64,000 bases of DNA. Source: an uncultured Candidatus Kuenenia sp. (GTDB taxonomy: Bacteria > Planctomycetota > Planctomycetia > Pirellulales > UBA1268). Under the pieces are notes generated by a model. It was given only the letters and a program-made list of their open reading frames with translations. It was not told the DNA's origin and ran no database searches. The position numbers were made by a program, and so were the translations under genes. Of this stretch, positions 37,036-47,080 are shown piece after piece (the stretch's first letter is position 1; each line of letters starts with the position of its first letter). The stretch covers positions 16,291 to 80,290 of the forward strand of contig CAZOMJ010000137.1 of the NCBI GenBank assembly GCA_964581055.1, written 5' to 3'.

Positions 37036-37947
37036 ATGAGCTGTTCCACTGTGTTCGACCGTCGCTCCTTTCTCGCTTCCGCGGCGACTGTGCTCGTTGC
37101 ATCACAAACGTCACGGGCATCGGCCGCCGATTCCCCCGCCGCGGCACCGCTCTTTCGCATCTCGCTGGCGCAGTGGTCGCTGCACCGCACCCTCTTCGCC
37201 GGCAAGCTCGACAACCTCGACTTCCCCCGCGCCGCCAAGCAGCAGTTCGGCATCGACGCCGTCGAATACGTCAACCAATTCTTCAAGGACAAAGCCAAGG
37301 ACGCAGCCTACCTGGCGGACCTCGCCAAGCGGGCGGCAGACGAGGGCGTGTCGAACGTCCTGATCATGTGCGACGGCCTCGGCAACCTCGGCGATCCCGA
37401 CGCCCCGGCCCGCACGAAGGCGATCGAGAACCATTTCCCGTGGGTCGAGGCGGCCAAGCGGCTCGGCTGCCACGCGATCCGTGTGAACGCGGCGAGCAAG
37501 GGCTCCGCGGAGGAGCAGCAGAAGCTCGCAGCCGACGGGCTGTCGCGGCTGTCCGACTATGCCACGCAGATGGACATGGCCGTCATCGTGGAAAACCACG
37601 GCGGACTCTCCAGCAACGGCGAGTGGCTGTCGGGGGTGATAAAGCTCGTCAACAAGCCGAACTGCGGCACGCTGCCCGACTTCGGCAATTTCCACGACTA
37701 CGACCGCTACCGGGGCGTGGAGGAACTGCTCCCCTACGCGAAGGGCGTCAGCGCCAAGAGCCATGAGTTCGACGCAGACGGCAACGAGGTGCGGACCGAC
37801 TACCGCCGGATGCTGCGAATGGTGGTCGCCGCCGGCTATCGCGGCTGGGTGGGCATCGAATACGAGGGCAACGCCCTGCCTGAGCCGGAGGGAGTCCTGG
37901 CCACCAAGAAGCTGCTCGAACTGGTGCGATCGGAGCTGCAGGCGTAG
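37036..37947 (+). CDS. Sugar phosphate isomerase/epimerase (xylose isomerase-like TIM barrel) with Tat-type signal
   Basis: Start ATG 37036 ([22 protein letters not shown]). Also [15 protein letters not shown] and WVGIEYEG. Confidence 0.75.
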   Translation: MSCSTVFDRRSFLASAATVLVASQTSRASAADSPAAAPLFRISLAQWSLHRTLFAGKLDNLDFPRAAKQQFGIDAVEYVNQFFKDKAKDAAYLADLAKRAADEGVSNVLIMCDGLGNLGDPDAPARTKAIENHFPWVEAAKRLGCHAIRVNAASKGSAEEQQKLAADGLSRLSDYATQMDMAVIVENHGGLSSNGEWLSGVIKLVNKPNCGTLPDFGNFHDYDRYRGVEELLPYAKGVSAKSHEFDADGNEVRTDYRRMLRMVVAAGYRGWVGIEYEGNALPEPEGVLATKKLLELVRSELQA

Positions 37948-37956
37948 CCGTGAGAC

Positions 37957-39219
37957 TCACGGCAGCTTGCCGAGATCGAAATCGACGACGACCGGAAAGT
38001 GGTCGGAGATGTCGAGATCGATCGCATGACAGACATGGGCCCGCGTGATCGCCGGCACGAGATCGCGGTGCACGAGCACATGGTCGATCATCGTGAACAC
38101 GTCGTCGGTGTCGGCCGTGCCGTTCTCGTTGAAGTCCCAGTGCGAGGTGTAGCGGTCGGCCACCCGCGGGACGAACTGCGCCGCGTTGACGAGTTCCTCG
38201 CCTGCAGCGGCGTCGTCGTAGTCCTTGAGGTCGTGCAGCACGGTCGTCCGCGTGCGGCGGTGGGAGTCGGCCATCGGCACATCGGGATCGTAGTCGTTGA
38301 TGTCGCCGAGCACGATCGGCGTGTAGCCGCGGGCGACGAACTCCCGACGGACGATCTCGCGGGCGATCGATGTCTCGGCCATGCGCTGCGCGTTGCTGCC
38401 GACATCGGAGGGATTGCTCTTCAGGTGCAGTCCCAGCAGGGCGATCTTCCGGCCGCAGACCGTGAAGTAGGCCGCCGCATGCCGCTGCAGCACCGCCTCC
38501 TCGTGCCGCGTGGCGCCGCGGTCGTCGACATGGCTGAAGGCGCGTCGCATCCACCCGTCGCCCCCCTCACCCGTCGTGCCGGGCACAGCGGCTGCCGGCT
38601 CCTCGGCGGCGGCGTTGCCATCCCGGGGCCGCTTCGACGATCGCTTGGTGGCCGCCGGCACGAAGATGTGAATCAATCGGCCGTCCACCTCGTCCGGCAC
38701 GATCCGGGAGAGGATCGCCACGTCGAATCCCGAGAACTTGTCCCGTCCATCCACGTGATAGCCGCGATAGTCCTCGAGCCCCTTGGCATGCAGCAGGTTC
38801 ACGAGCGCATCGACGCCCTCGCGCGACACCACCTCCGGCATCACCACCACGTCGGGTGCCAGGGTTTCGATGACGGAGGCGACATGCTCCAGATGGCGGC
38901 GGCGAGCCGGCTCGAACCGGAAACGGGTCAGCGTGGTCCGCTCACCGGGGGCCGCCAGATTCTCGACATTGAAACAGGCGATTCGCAGCGGGCATGGCGA
39001 CCGCGGCTGCTGCGTCTCGTCGGCCCACGCGGCCGGGCTCACCATATTCATGAGCATGGCCGCGAACGCGGTCACGAAAGGGAACGCCAGCGGGAGCACC
39101 GGGGCCGCCCCCCGCCGAGTGCACGCACGGCGTGGCCCACCCCCTTGGCGACCATCGACACGAGCCAACCGTTGACGGACGCTGTTCATCGCGGCTAGAG
39201 TCTTTGAGTTCGAATCCAA
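37957..39219 (-). CDS. Endonuclease/exonuclease/phosphatase (EEP) family protein, secreted
   Basis: IACFNVENL, VVVMPEV, VLGDINDY and C-terminal SDHFPVVVDF. Start uncertain (ATG 39219 or 39189). Confidence 0.75.
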   Translation of the reverse strand: MDSNSKTLAAMNSVRQRLARVDGRQGGGPRRACTRRGAAPVLPLAFPFVTAFAAMLMNMVSPAAWADETQQPRSPCPLRIACFNVENLAAPGERTTLTRFRFEPARRRHLEHVASVIETLAPDVVVMPEVVSREGVDALVNLLHAKGLEDYRGYHVDGRDKFSGFDVAILSRIVPDEVDGRLIHIFVPAATKRSSKRPRDGNAAAEEPAAAVPGTTGEGGDGWMRRAFSHVDDRGATRHEEAVLQRHAAAYFTVCGRKIALLGLHLKSNPSDVGSNAQRMAETSIAREIVRREFVARGYTPIVLGDINDYDPDVPMADSHRRTRTTVLHDLKDYDDAAAGEELVNAAQFVPRVADRYTSHWDFNENGTADTDDVFTMIDHVLVHRDLVPAITRAHVCHAIDLDISDHFPVVVDFDLGKLP

Positions 39220-39249
39220 GACGCCGAATCAGACGCACCTTTTCAGGCC

Positions 39250-39804
39250 ATGACACTCCCACAGGATACACATCTTCTGTCCCCCCCGCCTGCGGCACCG
39301 CAGACCCGCCCCGGGAAGAAAACCCGGGCGTCTGGAGGCGACCGGCTTGCCCAACTCGTGGAGGTCAACGAGACGCACGTCGGCCGCGGTGTCTTCGCCC
39401 GACGGAAGCTGAAGGGCGGCATGGTGCTCGGCGAGATTCATGGCCAGATTTTCCCGGTGGAGCCCGACGACCCGAGTTACTGCATGGAATTGCCCAGCGG
39501 CATGGTGCTCGAGCCGGCCGCTCCGCTGCGATTTTTGAACCACAGTTGCGATCCCAACTGCGAGCTTTTCTATTGGTTTGACGAGGATGGGAGCCTTCAG
39601 GAAGACCGGCTGTGGCTGCAAACGATCCGTTCGATCAACGCGGGCGACGAACTGCTGATCGACTATTGCTGGCCCGCCGACGCGGCGATTCCCTGCCGCT
39701 GCGGAGTGCCGGGGTGCCGGGGCTGGATCGTCGATCCGGAGGAACTGCACCTGCTGCCCCACACCGCTGGCGATTCTTCGCCGCAGCCGCCGTCGGCTTC
39801 CTGA
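39250..39804 (+). CDS. SET domain protein (putative lysine methyltransferase)
   Basis: GRGVFA, the RFLNHSCDPNCE hallmark, ELLIDYCW and a post-SET Cys cluster CRCGVPGCRG. Confidence 0.8.
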   Translation: MTLPQDTHLLSPPPAAPQTRPGKKTRASGGDRLAQLVEVNETHVGRGVFARRKLKGGMVLGEIHGQIFPVEPDDPSYCMELPSGMVLEPAAPLRFLNHSCDPNCELFYWFDEDGSLQEDRLWLQTIRSINAGDELLIDYCWPADAAIPCRCGVPGCRGWIVDPEELHLLPHTAGDSSPQPPSAS

Positions 39805-42035
39805 CGCTGCTGGCTGCGTTCGGGCTGTCGCGGCTGAAGGTGGACGACGACCTCCGGTCGCTGCTGCGGGATGCCGATGCCGACTTCCGGCTGGTCGACG
39901 AGGTGGCTGCACGGTTTGGCGCTCCGGACCGGGATTGCATCATCCGGGCCACCGCCCGCTCCGGCGACCTGTTCGACAGCCGCCCGCTCGCGGCGCTCCG
40001 GTCGCTCGCCGAGAGACTGGCGGCGCTCGACGGCGTGGAGCAGGTGCGGTCGATGTTCGACATTCGCCGGCAGGGCGTCGTCGGGGCAGTGCTGCCGGTA
40101 ATCCCGCATGTCGAGGGGCAACTCGCCGCGGCGGATGGCGAGGCCGCCAAGGCCCGCGCCGTCGGCCATCCCCTGATCGCCGGCCACCTGCTTTCCGAAG
40201 ATGCCTCCACCAGCCTGCTCATCGCCCGCCTGACGGCCGATGCCGACAAGCCGCCCCGGCAGGGTCAGGTCGTGGCCAGCATCGAGAAGCTGCTCGCAGA
40301 CCACAACGCAGACCTTGGCAACGGCGTGCTGAAACTGGCACTCACCGGCCTGCCGGCCCTCCGCGAGCAGGCGGCCGAGGCCCTGCGACGCGACATGCTG
40401 TTCTTCAACTCGCTCGGCCTCGGACTGGCTGTCGTGCTGTCGGCGGCCGTGGCACGAAGCCCGCGGTCGACGATCGTCGCCTGCCTGCCGCCGTTCGTGG
40501 GTGCGGTATGGGCGATGGGCATGCTCGGCCTCTGCGGCGTACCGGTGAACCTGCTCACCAGCGTGGTGCCGTCGCTGGCCCTCGTGGTAGGCACGTGCGA
40601 CTCAATCCACTTCATCGAAGACATGCGTCGCAGTGCCCGCCGTGGTGTGGCTGGCGCGGCCGCCTCGAGCGGTGCCATCCGGCGGGTGGGCGCGGCCTGT
40701 GGCCTGACGAGCCTGGTAACGGCGATCGGATTTGCCTCGCTCGCTGCAGCACGCATCGACGCGGTTCGCAACTTCGGCCTCGCGGCGGCCGCTGGAGCGG
40801 TGGCGAGTTTCCTGGCGGTCACGCTGCTCACCCCCCTGCTCGCCTCCACGCCGGCCTTCAGCGGCATGCGACTGGGGCGATCGTCCCGGCACGCCAGTCG
40901 TCTGGCGAGTGGCCTCACGGCATTCTCCGTGCGTCACGCCTGGCCAATCTCCGCGGTGGGCTGTGCCGCCACGCTCGCGCTGGGGCTCGTATCCGTCGGG
41001 CTCGACGCCGACAACCGCGTGTCAGACAGCCTGCCGAGAGGAGCTGCGGCCTCCCGGACGCTGGCCAGCGTCGACACCGAGTTTGGCGGCGTGATGGGGG
41101 TCGACGTGGTGGTCCGTTGGCCCGAGGGGCTCGGCTGGCTCGACGCTCCGGTGCTGGAGTCGCTCGGGAAAGTGCATGCTGTGCTCGGAGAATCCGGTGG
41201 GATCACGCGGGCGATCTCGTTGGCCACGGTCGTCGGCACGCTGCCAGAGCGGGCCAGGCAGCGGCTCGAGGCCTCCGACTTTCGCGACCTCGTCGACGAG
41301 GAGGCACGGATGGCGATCGTGCGGGCCCGCGTCAGCGATCTGGGCTCTCGGACGCTGGAGGGTGTCTACGACCGGATCGACGCTGGGCTGGCCACGCTCG
41401 CCGCCGATCGGCCGGGCTGGAGATTCGAACTGGCCGGGATGTCGGTCGTCTCGGCCCGCAACATCCGACAGCTGGTCCGAGATTTGGGCTCCAGCCTCCT
41501 GTTGGAGGTGGCTGTCATCGGCGGCATCCTGGCGCTCGCCTTCCGCTCGCCGCTAGCGGGCATCGTGAGCCTGATCCCCAACGTCTTTCCGCTCGCGGTG
41601 ATCGGCTCGCTCCTCGTGGCGCTCGGCAAATCGCTCGACCCAGCCACGGTGATCGTGTTCAACGTCTGCCTGGGGCTCGCGGTGGACGACACTGTGCACG
41701 TGCTCTCGGCGCTCCAGCGACAGCGGCGCGAAGGCGTATCGATCGCCAGCGCGGTCCGCCGTGCCGTCGCGGAGACGGGCAACGCGGTCGTGCTCGGCGG
41801 CATCGTATTGGCGATCGGATTCGCGGCGGTGACGGTGAGCTCCGTGCCGGCGCTGGCAGGGTTCGGCGTGCTCGCCTGCGCCGCGGTGGCCGCGGCCACC
41901 GTGGCGGAACTGGTGTTTCTGCCGGCGCTCCTGGTCGTCACCGACGCCTTCGTGCGCCGGCGACCTGCGGCCCGACGCGACGGCATCTTTGGCAGCGAGC
42001 CGCTGCCGTGGGGAACAAGTCCGCGGCCAACCTAG
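39714..42035 (+). CDS. MMPL/RND-superfamily transporter (HpnN-like lipid exporter family)
   Basis: Two repeats of a large loop plus a TM bundle (GLAVVLSAAV.., CDSIHFIEDM, GLAVDDTVHVLSAL). Start proposed at GTG 39714, which has GGAG 7 nt upstream. This gives MPGLDRRSGGTAPAAPHRWRFFAAAAVGFLTLLAAFGLSRL. The only other in-frame canonical starts are TTG 39666 and GTG 39612. Confidence 0.7.
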   Translation: MPGLDRRSGGTAPAAPHRWRFFAAAAVGFLTLLAAFGLSRLKVDDDLRSLLRDADADFRLVDEVAARFGAPDRDCIIRATARSGDLFDSRPLAALRSLAERLAALDGVEQVRSMFDIRRQGVVGAVLPVIPHVEGQLAAADGEAAKARAVGHPLIAGHLLSEDASTSLLIARLTADADKPPRQGQVVASIEKLLADHNADLGNGVLKLALTGLPALREQAAEALRRDMLFFNSLGLGLAVVLSAAVARSPRSTIVACLPPFVGAVWAMGMLGLCGVPVNLLTSVVPSLALVVGTCDSIHFIEDMRRSARRGVAGAAASSGAIRRVGAACGLTSLVTAIGFASLAAARIDAVRNFGLAAAAGAVASFLAVTLLTPLLASTPAFSGMRLGRSSRHASRLASGLTAFSVRHAWPISAVGCAATLALGLVSVGLDADNRVSDSLPRGAAASRTLASVDTEFGGVMGVDVVVRWPEGLGWLDAPVLESLGKVHAVLGESGGITRAISLATVVGTLPERARQRLEASDFRDLVDEEARMAIVRARVSDLGSRTLEGVYDRIDAGLATLAADRPGWRFELAGMSVVSARNIRQLVRDLGSSLLLEVAVIGGILALAFRSPLAGIVSLIPNVFPLAVIGSLLVALGKSLDPATVIVFNVCLGLAVDDTVHVLSALQRQRREGVSIASAVRRAVAETGNAVVLGGIVLAIGFAAVTVSSVPALAGFGVLACAAVAAATVAELVFLPALLVVTDAFVRRRPAARRDGIFGSEPLPWGTSPRPT

Positions 42036-42055
42036 GTCTTGCGGTCCACCCTGCC

Positions 42056-42241
42056 CTGCCGTGGCGGCACGTTTTCAACTTGCCGCCTTCACGAAAAACA
42101 CGACACCTGTCGTTTTTTCTTGGCGACCGCAGGTCGCTTGTTCTTACCCGGCCATCCAGGCCTGACCTTTTGTGGGCCCTGCCGTGGCGGCACGTTTTCA
42201 ACTTGCCTTGTCTCCCCGTGGCGGCACGTTTTCAACTTGCC
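42056..42241. repeat. Three copies of a 26-29 nt REP-like element, consensus (CTG)CCGTGGCGGCACGTTTTCAACTTGCC
   Basis: Exact copies at 42056-42084, 42179-42207 and 42216-42241. The core contains the imperfect inverted repeat GGCACGTT/AACTTGCC. Confidence 0.9.
42094..42120 (+). terminator. A-tract / short hairpin / T-tract, possible bidirectional intrinsic terminator after the MMPL gene
   Basis: GAAAAACACGACACCTGTCGTTTTTTCT has stem ACGAC/GTCGT followed by T6. The stem is AT-poor but short, so the prediction is weak. Confidence 0.35.
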
Positions 42242-42243
42242 TT

Positions 42244-42289
42244 GGACAAGATGCAATCTTGTCGCCACGAAGAGAGATGCAATCTTGTC
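42244..42289. repeat. Hairpin GGACAAGAT-GCA-ATCTTGTC plus a second direct copy of AGATGCAATCTTGTC
   Basis: Direct repeat at 42249-42263 and 42275-42289. The left arm at 42244-42252 can pair with either right arm. Confidence 0.8.
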
Positions 42290-42307
42290 CTCACGAACCG
42301 CGCCGGG

Positions 42308-43963
42308 TTAGCCCTTCGTCGCCGCCATCACGTCGGCGACGGCTTCCACAGCCTGTGCGATCTGCTCTTCGCTGTGTTCGCTCGTGATGAAGAACCGCAC
42401 CCGGGCGGCACTCTCGCGGACGGCCGGATAGAGAATTGGCCGGGCGTTGATGCCCCGCTCCAAGAGCATCTGCGAGACGAGGATAGCCCGCGACGAACTG
42501 CCGACGATGACGGGGATCACGGGCGTGTCACTGCTCGAGCCGGTGTCGAGGTCGCAGTCGGCGGCGAGCTTGAGAAACAGTTCCGACCGTTCCCGAAGCC
42601 TAGTCACACGCCACGGCTCACGTCGGATCACCCGCAAGCCCTCGAGCGCCGCGGCGGCGTTCGGCGGCGAGCAGGCGGTCGAAAACACGAATGCGGGCGT
42701 CGTGTAGCCCAGATAGCGGATCAGCCGCTCGCCACCGGCGAGGTAGCCGCCGCCGGCACCGAGCGCCTTGCTGATCGTGCCCATCCAGAGGTCGCCGTCC
42801 GCGGGATCGCACCCAAAGAAATCGCAGATGCCGCGGCCTTCAGGGCCCATCGTGCCCAGCGAGTGGGCCTCGTCCACGTAGAGCAACGCATCGTGCCGCT
42901 TCTTCACCTCGATGAACTTTGGCAGGTCCGGGTAGTCTCCGTCCATGCTGTAGACGCCCTCGATCGCCACCACGACCCGCTTGTACTGCGACCGCAGGTC
43001 GCGGAGCAGGCCGTCGAGCTGCACGTGGTCGTTGTGCCGGAACGAACGCTTGCCGGCCTTCGAGGCGCCGGCTCCCTGCATAATGCTGTTGTGGGCCAGT
43101 TCGTCGTAGAGGATCAGGTCGCCGGCGCCGAAGAGGTGGTTGAACACCGAGGCGTTCGTGCCGTAGCCACAGGGAAACACGACGGCCCGCTCCGTGCCGA
43201 CGAACCCCGCCAACTCGGCGTCGAGGTCGTCGAGGATCGTATTGTTGCCGCCGACCATGCGACTGGCGGAAGCGCTGCAGCCAAAGCGATCGATCGCGGC
43301 CTTGGCGGCCCGCGTCACATCGGGATGACAGGCCAGGCCGAGGTAGTCGAAGCTCGTGAAGCTGACGACCTCCCGGCCGCCGACCCGCGCCGTGCGGCCC
43401 CGCACCTCCTCGTTGGCACGCAGGAAGGGATTTTCCAATCCCGCCGCCTCGAGGCCGGCAAGCCGCTCCTCGAGGGCCACGCATTCTGGAAATGCCTGGC
43501 CGTCAGCTGCAGGTGCCGCTGCCAAGCGGGCGGCCGCGGCTGGCATGGCCGGCCGAAGGTCCATCTGAGCGTGCGGCCGCGAGATTGGCGTCCGTTGCGG
43601 CTGATCGACGCTCTCCGCTGTCCGATCCGCCTCGTCGAACATGCGGGCTGCGATGCAGTCGACGAGATCACCGCACGTCCGAATGCCATGGAGCCACTCG
43701 TCGCGAAACCGCATCTGGTAGCGGCCCTCGATGCGGGTGATGACGTCGAGAAAGCGGGCGGTATCGACGCCGCAACCGGCGAGTGAAGACTCAGAAACGA
43801 GCGTGCGGAGCGTTGCGGTCGGACTGACCCGGACGAGTTCCTCGAACACCACCCGCTCGATCGCCTCCCGCGAGTGTGCCCGCGGAAGAATACGATCGGC
43901 GACGAGCCTCTCTCCGTATTCGCGACCAACGCCAGCCATCGTGCCCATGATGCCAACTCCCAT
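42308..43963 (-). CDS. Alpha-oxoamine synthase (AONS/KBL/serine palmitoyltransferase family) with N-terminal ACP-like domain
   Basis: Start ATG 43963 after GGAGGGGAG. The N-terminal ~90 aa aligns with acyl carrier proteins (SLAGCGVDTARFLDVITRIEGRY..CGDLVDCI). The remainder carries FTSFDYLGL, GYGTNAS, YVDEAHSLG and the PLP-lysine context GTISKALGAGGGY. Confidence 0.8.
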   Translation of the reverse strand: MGVGIMGTMAGVGREYGERLVADRILPRAHSREAIERVVFEELVRVSPTATLRTLVSESSLAGCGVDTARFLDVITRIEGRYQMRFRDEWLHGIRTCGDLVDCIAARMFDEADRTAESVDQPQRTPISRPHAQMDLRPAMPAAAARLAAAPAADGQAFPECVALEERLAGLEAAGLENPFLRANEEVRGRTARVGGREVVSFTSFDYLGLACHPDVTRAAKAAIDRFGCSASASRMVGGNNTILDDLDAELAGFVGTERAVVFPCGYGTNASVFNHLFGAGDLILYDELAHNSIMQGAGASKAGKRSFRHNDHVQLDGLLRDLRSQYKRVVVAIEGVYSMDGDYPDLPKFIEVKKRHDALLYVDEAHSLGTMGPEGRGICDFFGCDPADGDLWMGTISKALGAGGGYLAGGERLIRYLGYTTPAFVFSTACSPPNAAAALEGLRVIRREPWRVTRLRERSELFLKLAADCDLDTGSSSDTPVIPVIVGSSSRAILVSQMLLERGINARPILYPAVRESAARVRFFITSEHSEEQIAQAVEAVADVMAATKG

Positions 43964-44166
43964 CGAATGCTCCCCTCCGTGCGGGTAAACGCGAGAGCGA
44001 CAACGCGTGCAGCGAGTCCAGGCTGCACGATCCACGAATCCACGCCGCATTCAAGCGGCGACCCGGCCGAGTATACGATGCCGAACTGCTTCTACGAAAT
44101 AAGTCGAGACCTTGCGGCCTGCGCAGAGATTTCCAGCTGATTGAGACGTCACCGCGGGGGCCGCGG

Positions 44167-46881
44167 TCACACCGCCAGCAGTTTCCGCAGCACGAACGGC
44201 AGGATGCCGCCGGAGCGGAACTGGTCGAGTTCCACCGGCGTGTCGATTCGCACCATGCAGGGAATGTCCTTGACGCTGCCATCGGGCCGCTTCGCCTTCA
44301 CCACCACGGTCGTCCGCGGCACGAGGTTCTCGAACGGAATGTCGAAGGTCTCCTCGCCCGTCAGCCCCAGCTGCTGCCACGGCTCCGGCAGCACGAGCGG
44401 AAGCACGCCCATGCCGACAAGGTTGGAGCGATGGATTCGCTCGAAGCTCGTGGCGAGCACCGCGCGGACGCCCAGGAGCATCGTCCCCTTGGCAGCCCAG
44501 TCGCGGGAGCTGCCGGTGCCGTATTCCGCACCCGCCAGCACCACCAGCGGCGTGCCCGCCGCCTTGTATTTCACCGCCGCATCGTAGACGGGCATGACTT
44601 CCGCCCCGGGCAGGAGCCGCGTCACGCCCCCCTCCGTGCCCGGCACGAGCAGATTGCGGATACGGATGTTGGCAAACGTGCCACGCGTCATCACGCGGTC
44701 GTTGCCGCGGCGAGCGCCGTAGCTGTTGAATTCGACGGGCTCGACGCCGTGCTCGATCAGATAGTGCCCGGCCGGGCTGGCCTTCGCGATGCTGCCGGCA
44801 GGCGAGATGTGGTCGGTGGTCACGCTGTCGCCAAGCGCCAGCAAGACGCGGGCCCCGCGAACGCTCTGCGGCGCCACGGCCTCACGGGTAAGGTCGGCGA
44901 GGAACGGCGGCTCTTGGATATAGGTGCTTGCCGCCTGCCAATCGTAGAGCTCGCCCTTGGATGTCGGCACGGCGTTCCACCGCTCATTCGAGTTCCAGAC
45001 GTTGCCGTAGCGATTCTGGAACTGCCCCGGCAACACGCTCGCCTCGACGGTCTGCCGCACCTCCTCGGCCGTCGGCCAGATGTCGCGGAGGAACACCGGC
45101 TTCCCATCGCGGCCGGTGCCGATCGGCTCGTGCTCCATGTCGATGTCGGTGGTGCCGGCCAGAGCGTAGGCCACGACCAGCGGCGGGCTGGCCAGCCAGT
45201 TGGCCTTCACGAGCGGATTGACCCGGCCCTCGAAATTTCGGTTGCCCGAGAGCACCGCCGCGGCCACGAGATCCCCCTCCGTCACGGCCTTGGCGACCGC
45301 GTCGGGCAGCGGACCCGAGTTGCCGATGCAGGTGGTGCAACCGTAGCCGACCGTCTCGAAGCCGAGGGCATCGAGATCCTTGTCGAGGCCCGACCGCTCC
45401 AGGTAGTCGGTGACCACGCGGGATCCAGGCGCGAGGCTCGTCTTCACCCAGGGCTTCGTCGTGAGCCCCTTTGCCACGGCCTTCCGGGCAACCAACCCCG
45501 CGGCCACCATCACACTCGGGTTGCTCGTGTTGGTGCAACTGGTGATGGCGGCGATCACCACGGCGCCATGGTGGATCGTGGAGGCGTGGCCGTTTTCCTT
45601 CACGGTGCCGGTGCGGGTGAGGGCCGGTCCCTCGAGCGCGAAGCCCCGTTTGGCCGTCGGGGCGGTGAGCGATTCGGCGAAGGTCTTCTTGACATTCTGC
45701 AGGGCGACGCGGTCTTGCGGTCGCTTCGGTCCCGCCAGACTCGGCACGACGCTGCCCAGATCGAGGCTGAGCGTTTTGGTGAATTCGGGCACGGCCGCGG
45801 ACGCCGTGCGGAAGAGCCCCTGCTCCTTCGTGTAGCGCTCCACGAGAGCGACCTGCTCCGCAGGCCGGCCGGTGAGACGGAGGTAGGCCAGCGTCTCGTC
45901 GTCGACGGGGAAGAAGCCCATCGTGGCGCCATACTCCGGAGCCATGTTGGCGATCGTCGCCCGGTCGGCGAGCGACATGCCAGCGAGACCTGAGCCGAAA
46001 AACTCGACGAACTTCCCGACGACGCCCTCCTTCCGCAGGATCTCCGTGACCGTGAGCACGAGGTCGGTGGCGGTGGCGCCGGCGGGCAGTCGGCCGGTGA
46101 ACTCGAAGCCGACCACCTCGGGCAGCAGGAGCGACAACGCCTGACCGAGCATGACGGCCTCGGCCTCGATGCCGCCCACGCCCCAACCGACGACCCCCAG
46201 GCCATTGATCATGGTCGTGTGGCTGTCGGTGCCGACGAGCGTATCGGGCACGGCCACCTTCAGGCCGCTCTTGCCCGCGGGATCGTCGCGGAGGAAGACG
46301 CAGCCAGCGAGGTATTCAAGGTTCACCTGGTGCACGATGCCGATCGCCGGGGGCACGACCCGGAAATTCTGGAACGCCTGCTGGCCCCACCGCAGGAAGG
46401 CATAGCGTTCGGCATTCCGCTCGAATTCGATGTCGACGTTCTTCGCGAGCGAATCGGCGGCGCCGAAAAAGTCGACCTGCACGGAATGGTCGATCACGAG
46501 GTCGACCGGCACGAGTGGATTGATCTTTCGGGGATCGCCGCCGAGCCGCTTCATCGCCGCCCGCATGGCCGCCAGATCGACCACGCACGGCACGCCCGTG
46601 AAGTCTTGCAGCACCACACGGGCCGGCTTGAACGGAATTTCCGTCTCGGCCGGCTTGGCGGCGTTCCAGGTGGCCAGGCTGCGGACGTCGGCCTCCGTCA
46701 CCTCGTAGTTGTCGCAGGTCCGCAGCAGGGCCTCGAGCACCATCCGCATCGAATAGGGCAGGCGGGACGTGTTCGTGATGCCGGCGTCGTCGAGCGCCCG
46801 CAGGCGGTAGAGGGTGGCCGGGCCGGAGCCTGTTTCGAAGGTGGCGCGGGCAGAAAACGGGTCGACGAACGTGGCTGCCAT
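44167..46881 (-). CDS. acnA: Aconitate hydratase A
   Basis: Start ATG 46881 (MAATFVDPF). [54 protein letters not shown] and [10 protein letters not shown]. Confidence 0.95.
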   Translation of the reverse strand: MAATFVDPFSARATFETGSGPATLYRLRALDDAGITNTSRLPYSMRMVLEALLRTCDNYEVTEADVRSLATWNAAKPAETEIPFKPARVVLQDFTGVPCVVDLAAMRAAMKRLGGDPRKINPLVPVDLVIDHSVQVDFFGAADSLAKNVDIEFERNAERYAFLRWGQQAFQNFRVVPPAIGIVHQVNLEYLAGCVFLRDDPAGKSGLKVAVPDTLVGTDSHTTMINGLGVVGWGVGGIEAEAVMLGQALSLLLPEVVGFEFTGRLPAGATATDLVLTVTEILRKEGVVGKFVEFFGSGLAGMSLADRATIANMAPEYGATMGFFPVDDETLAYLRLTGRPAEQVALVERYTKEQGLFRTASAAVPEFTKTLSLDLGSVVPSLAGPKRPQDRVALQNVKKTFAESLTAPTAKRGFALEGPALTRTGTVKENGHASTIHHGAVVIAAITSCTNTSNPSVMVAAGLVARKAVAKGLTTKPWVKTSLAPGSRVVTDYLERSGLDKDLDALGFETVGYGCTTCIGNSGPLPDAVAKAVTEGDLVAAAVLSGNRNFEGRVNPLVKANWLASPPLVVAYALAGTTDIDMEHEPIGTGRDGKPVFLRDIWPTAEEVRQTVEASVLPGQFQNRYGNVWNSNERWNAVPTSKGELYDWQAASTYIQEPPFLADLTREAVAPQSVRGARVLLALGDSVTTDHISPAGSIAKASPAGHYLIEHGVEPVEFNSYGARRGNDRVMTRGTFANIRIRNLLVPGTEGGVTRLLPGAEVMPVYDAAVKYKAAGTPLVVLAGAEYGTGSSRDWAAKGTMLLGVRAVLATSFERIHRSNLVGMGVLPLVLPEPWQQLGLTGEETFDIPFENLVPRTTVVVKAKRPDGSVKDIPCMVRIDTPVELDQFRSGGILPFVLRKLLAV

Positions 46882-47080
46882 GGATGGAAACCTTGGGGGG
46901 GTGAGACGCGGGAGGGACGACGATGATGGGGCGATTCCGGTCCGCCGAAGTGGCCGGTAGCCTAACGAACCGGTCTCCAAGCCGAGAAGTGTCCGTCGCC
47001 TTGGCCCTGTAAAACCGCCTCGAAAGCGGGCGAAACCCTCCGCTGCGTCGCGGCCGCAGGCGAAAGTCAGAAAAATTTCC

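Noticed and set aside
35073-37298. 741-aa minus-strand ORF
   Set aside because: Antisense to the POT transporter (ExxER motif, TM helices) and the sugar-phosphate isomerase. Composition is non-protein-like.
42056-42241. Three 26-29 nt direct repeats considered as a mini CRISPR array
   Set aside because: Spacing is irregular (94 nt and 8 nt between copies), there are only three copies, and there are no cas genes. A fourth, diverged copy lies in another intergenic region. This fits a REP-like dispersed element better.
39935-43786. 1283-aa plus-strand ORF, the longest plus-strand ORF in this region
   Set aside because: Off-frame within the MMPL gene, crosses the repeat-rich intergenic region, and is antisense to the alpha-oxoamine synthase. 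It is Arg/Gly/Pro-rich throughout.
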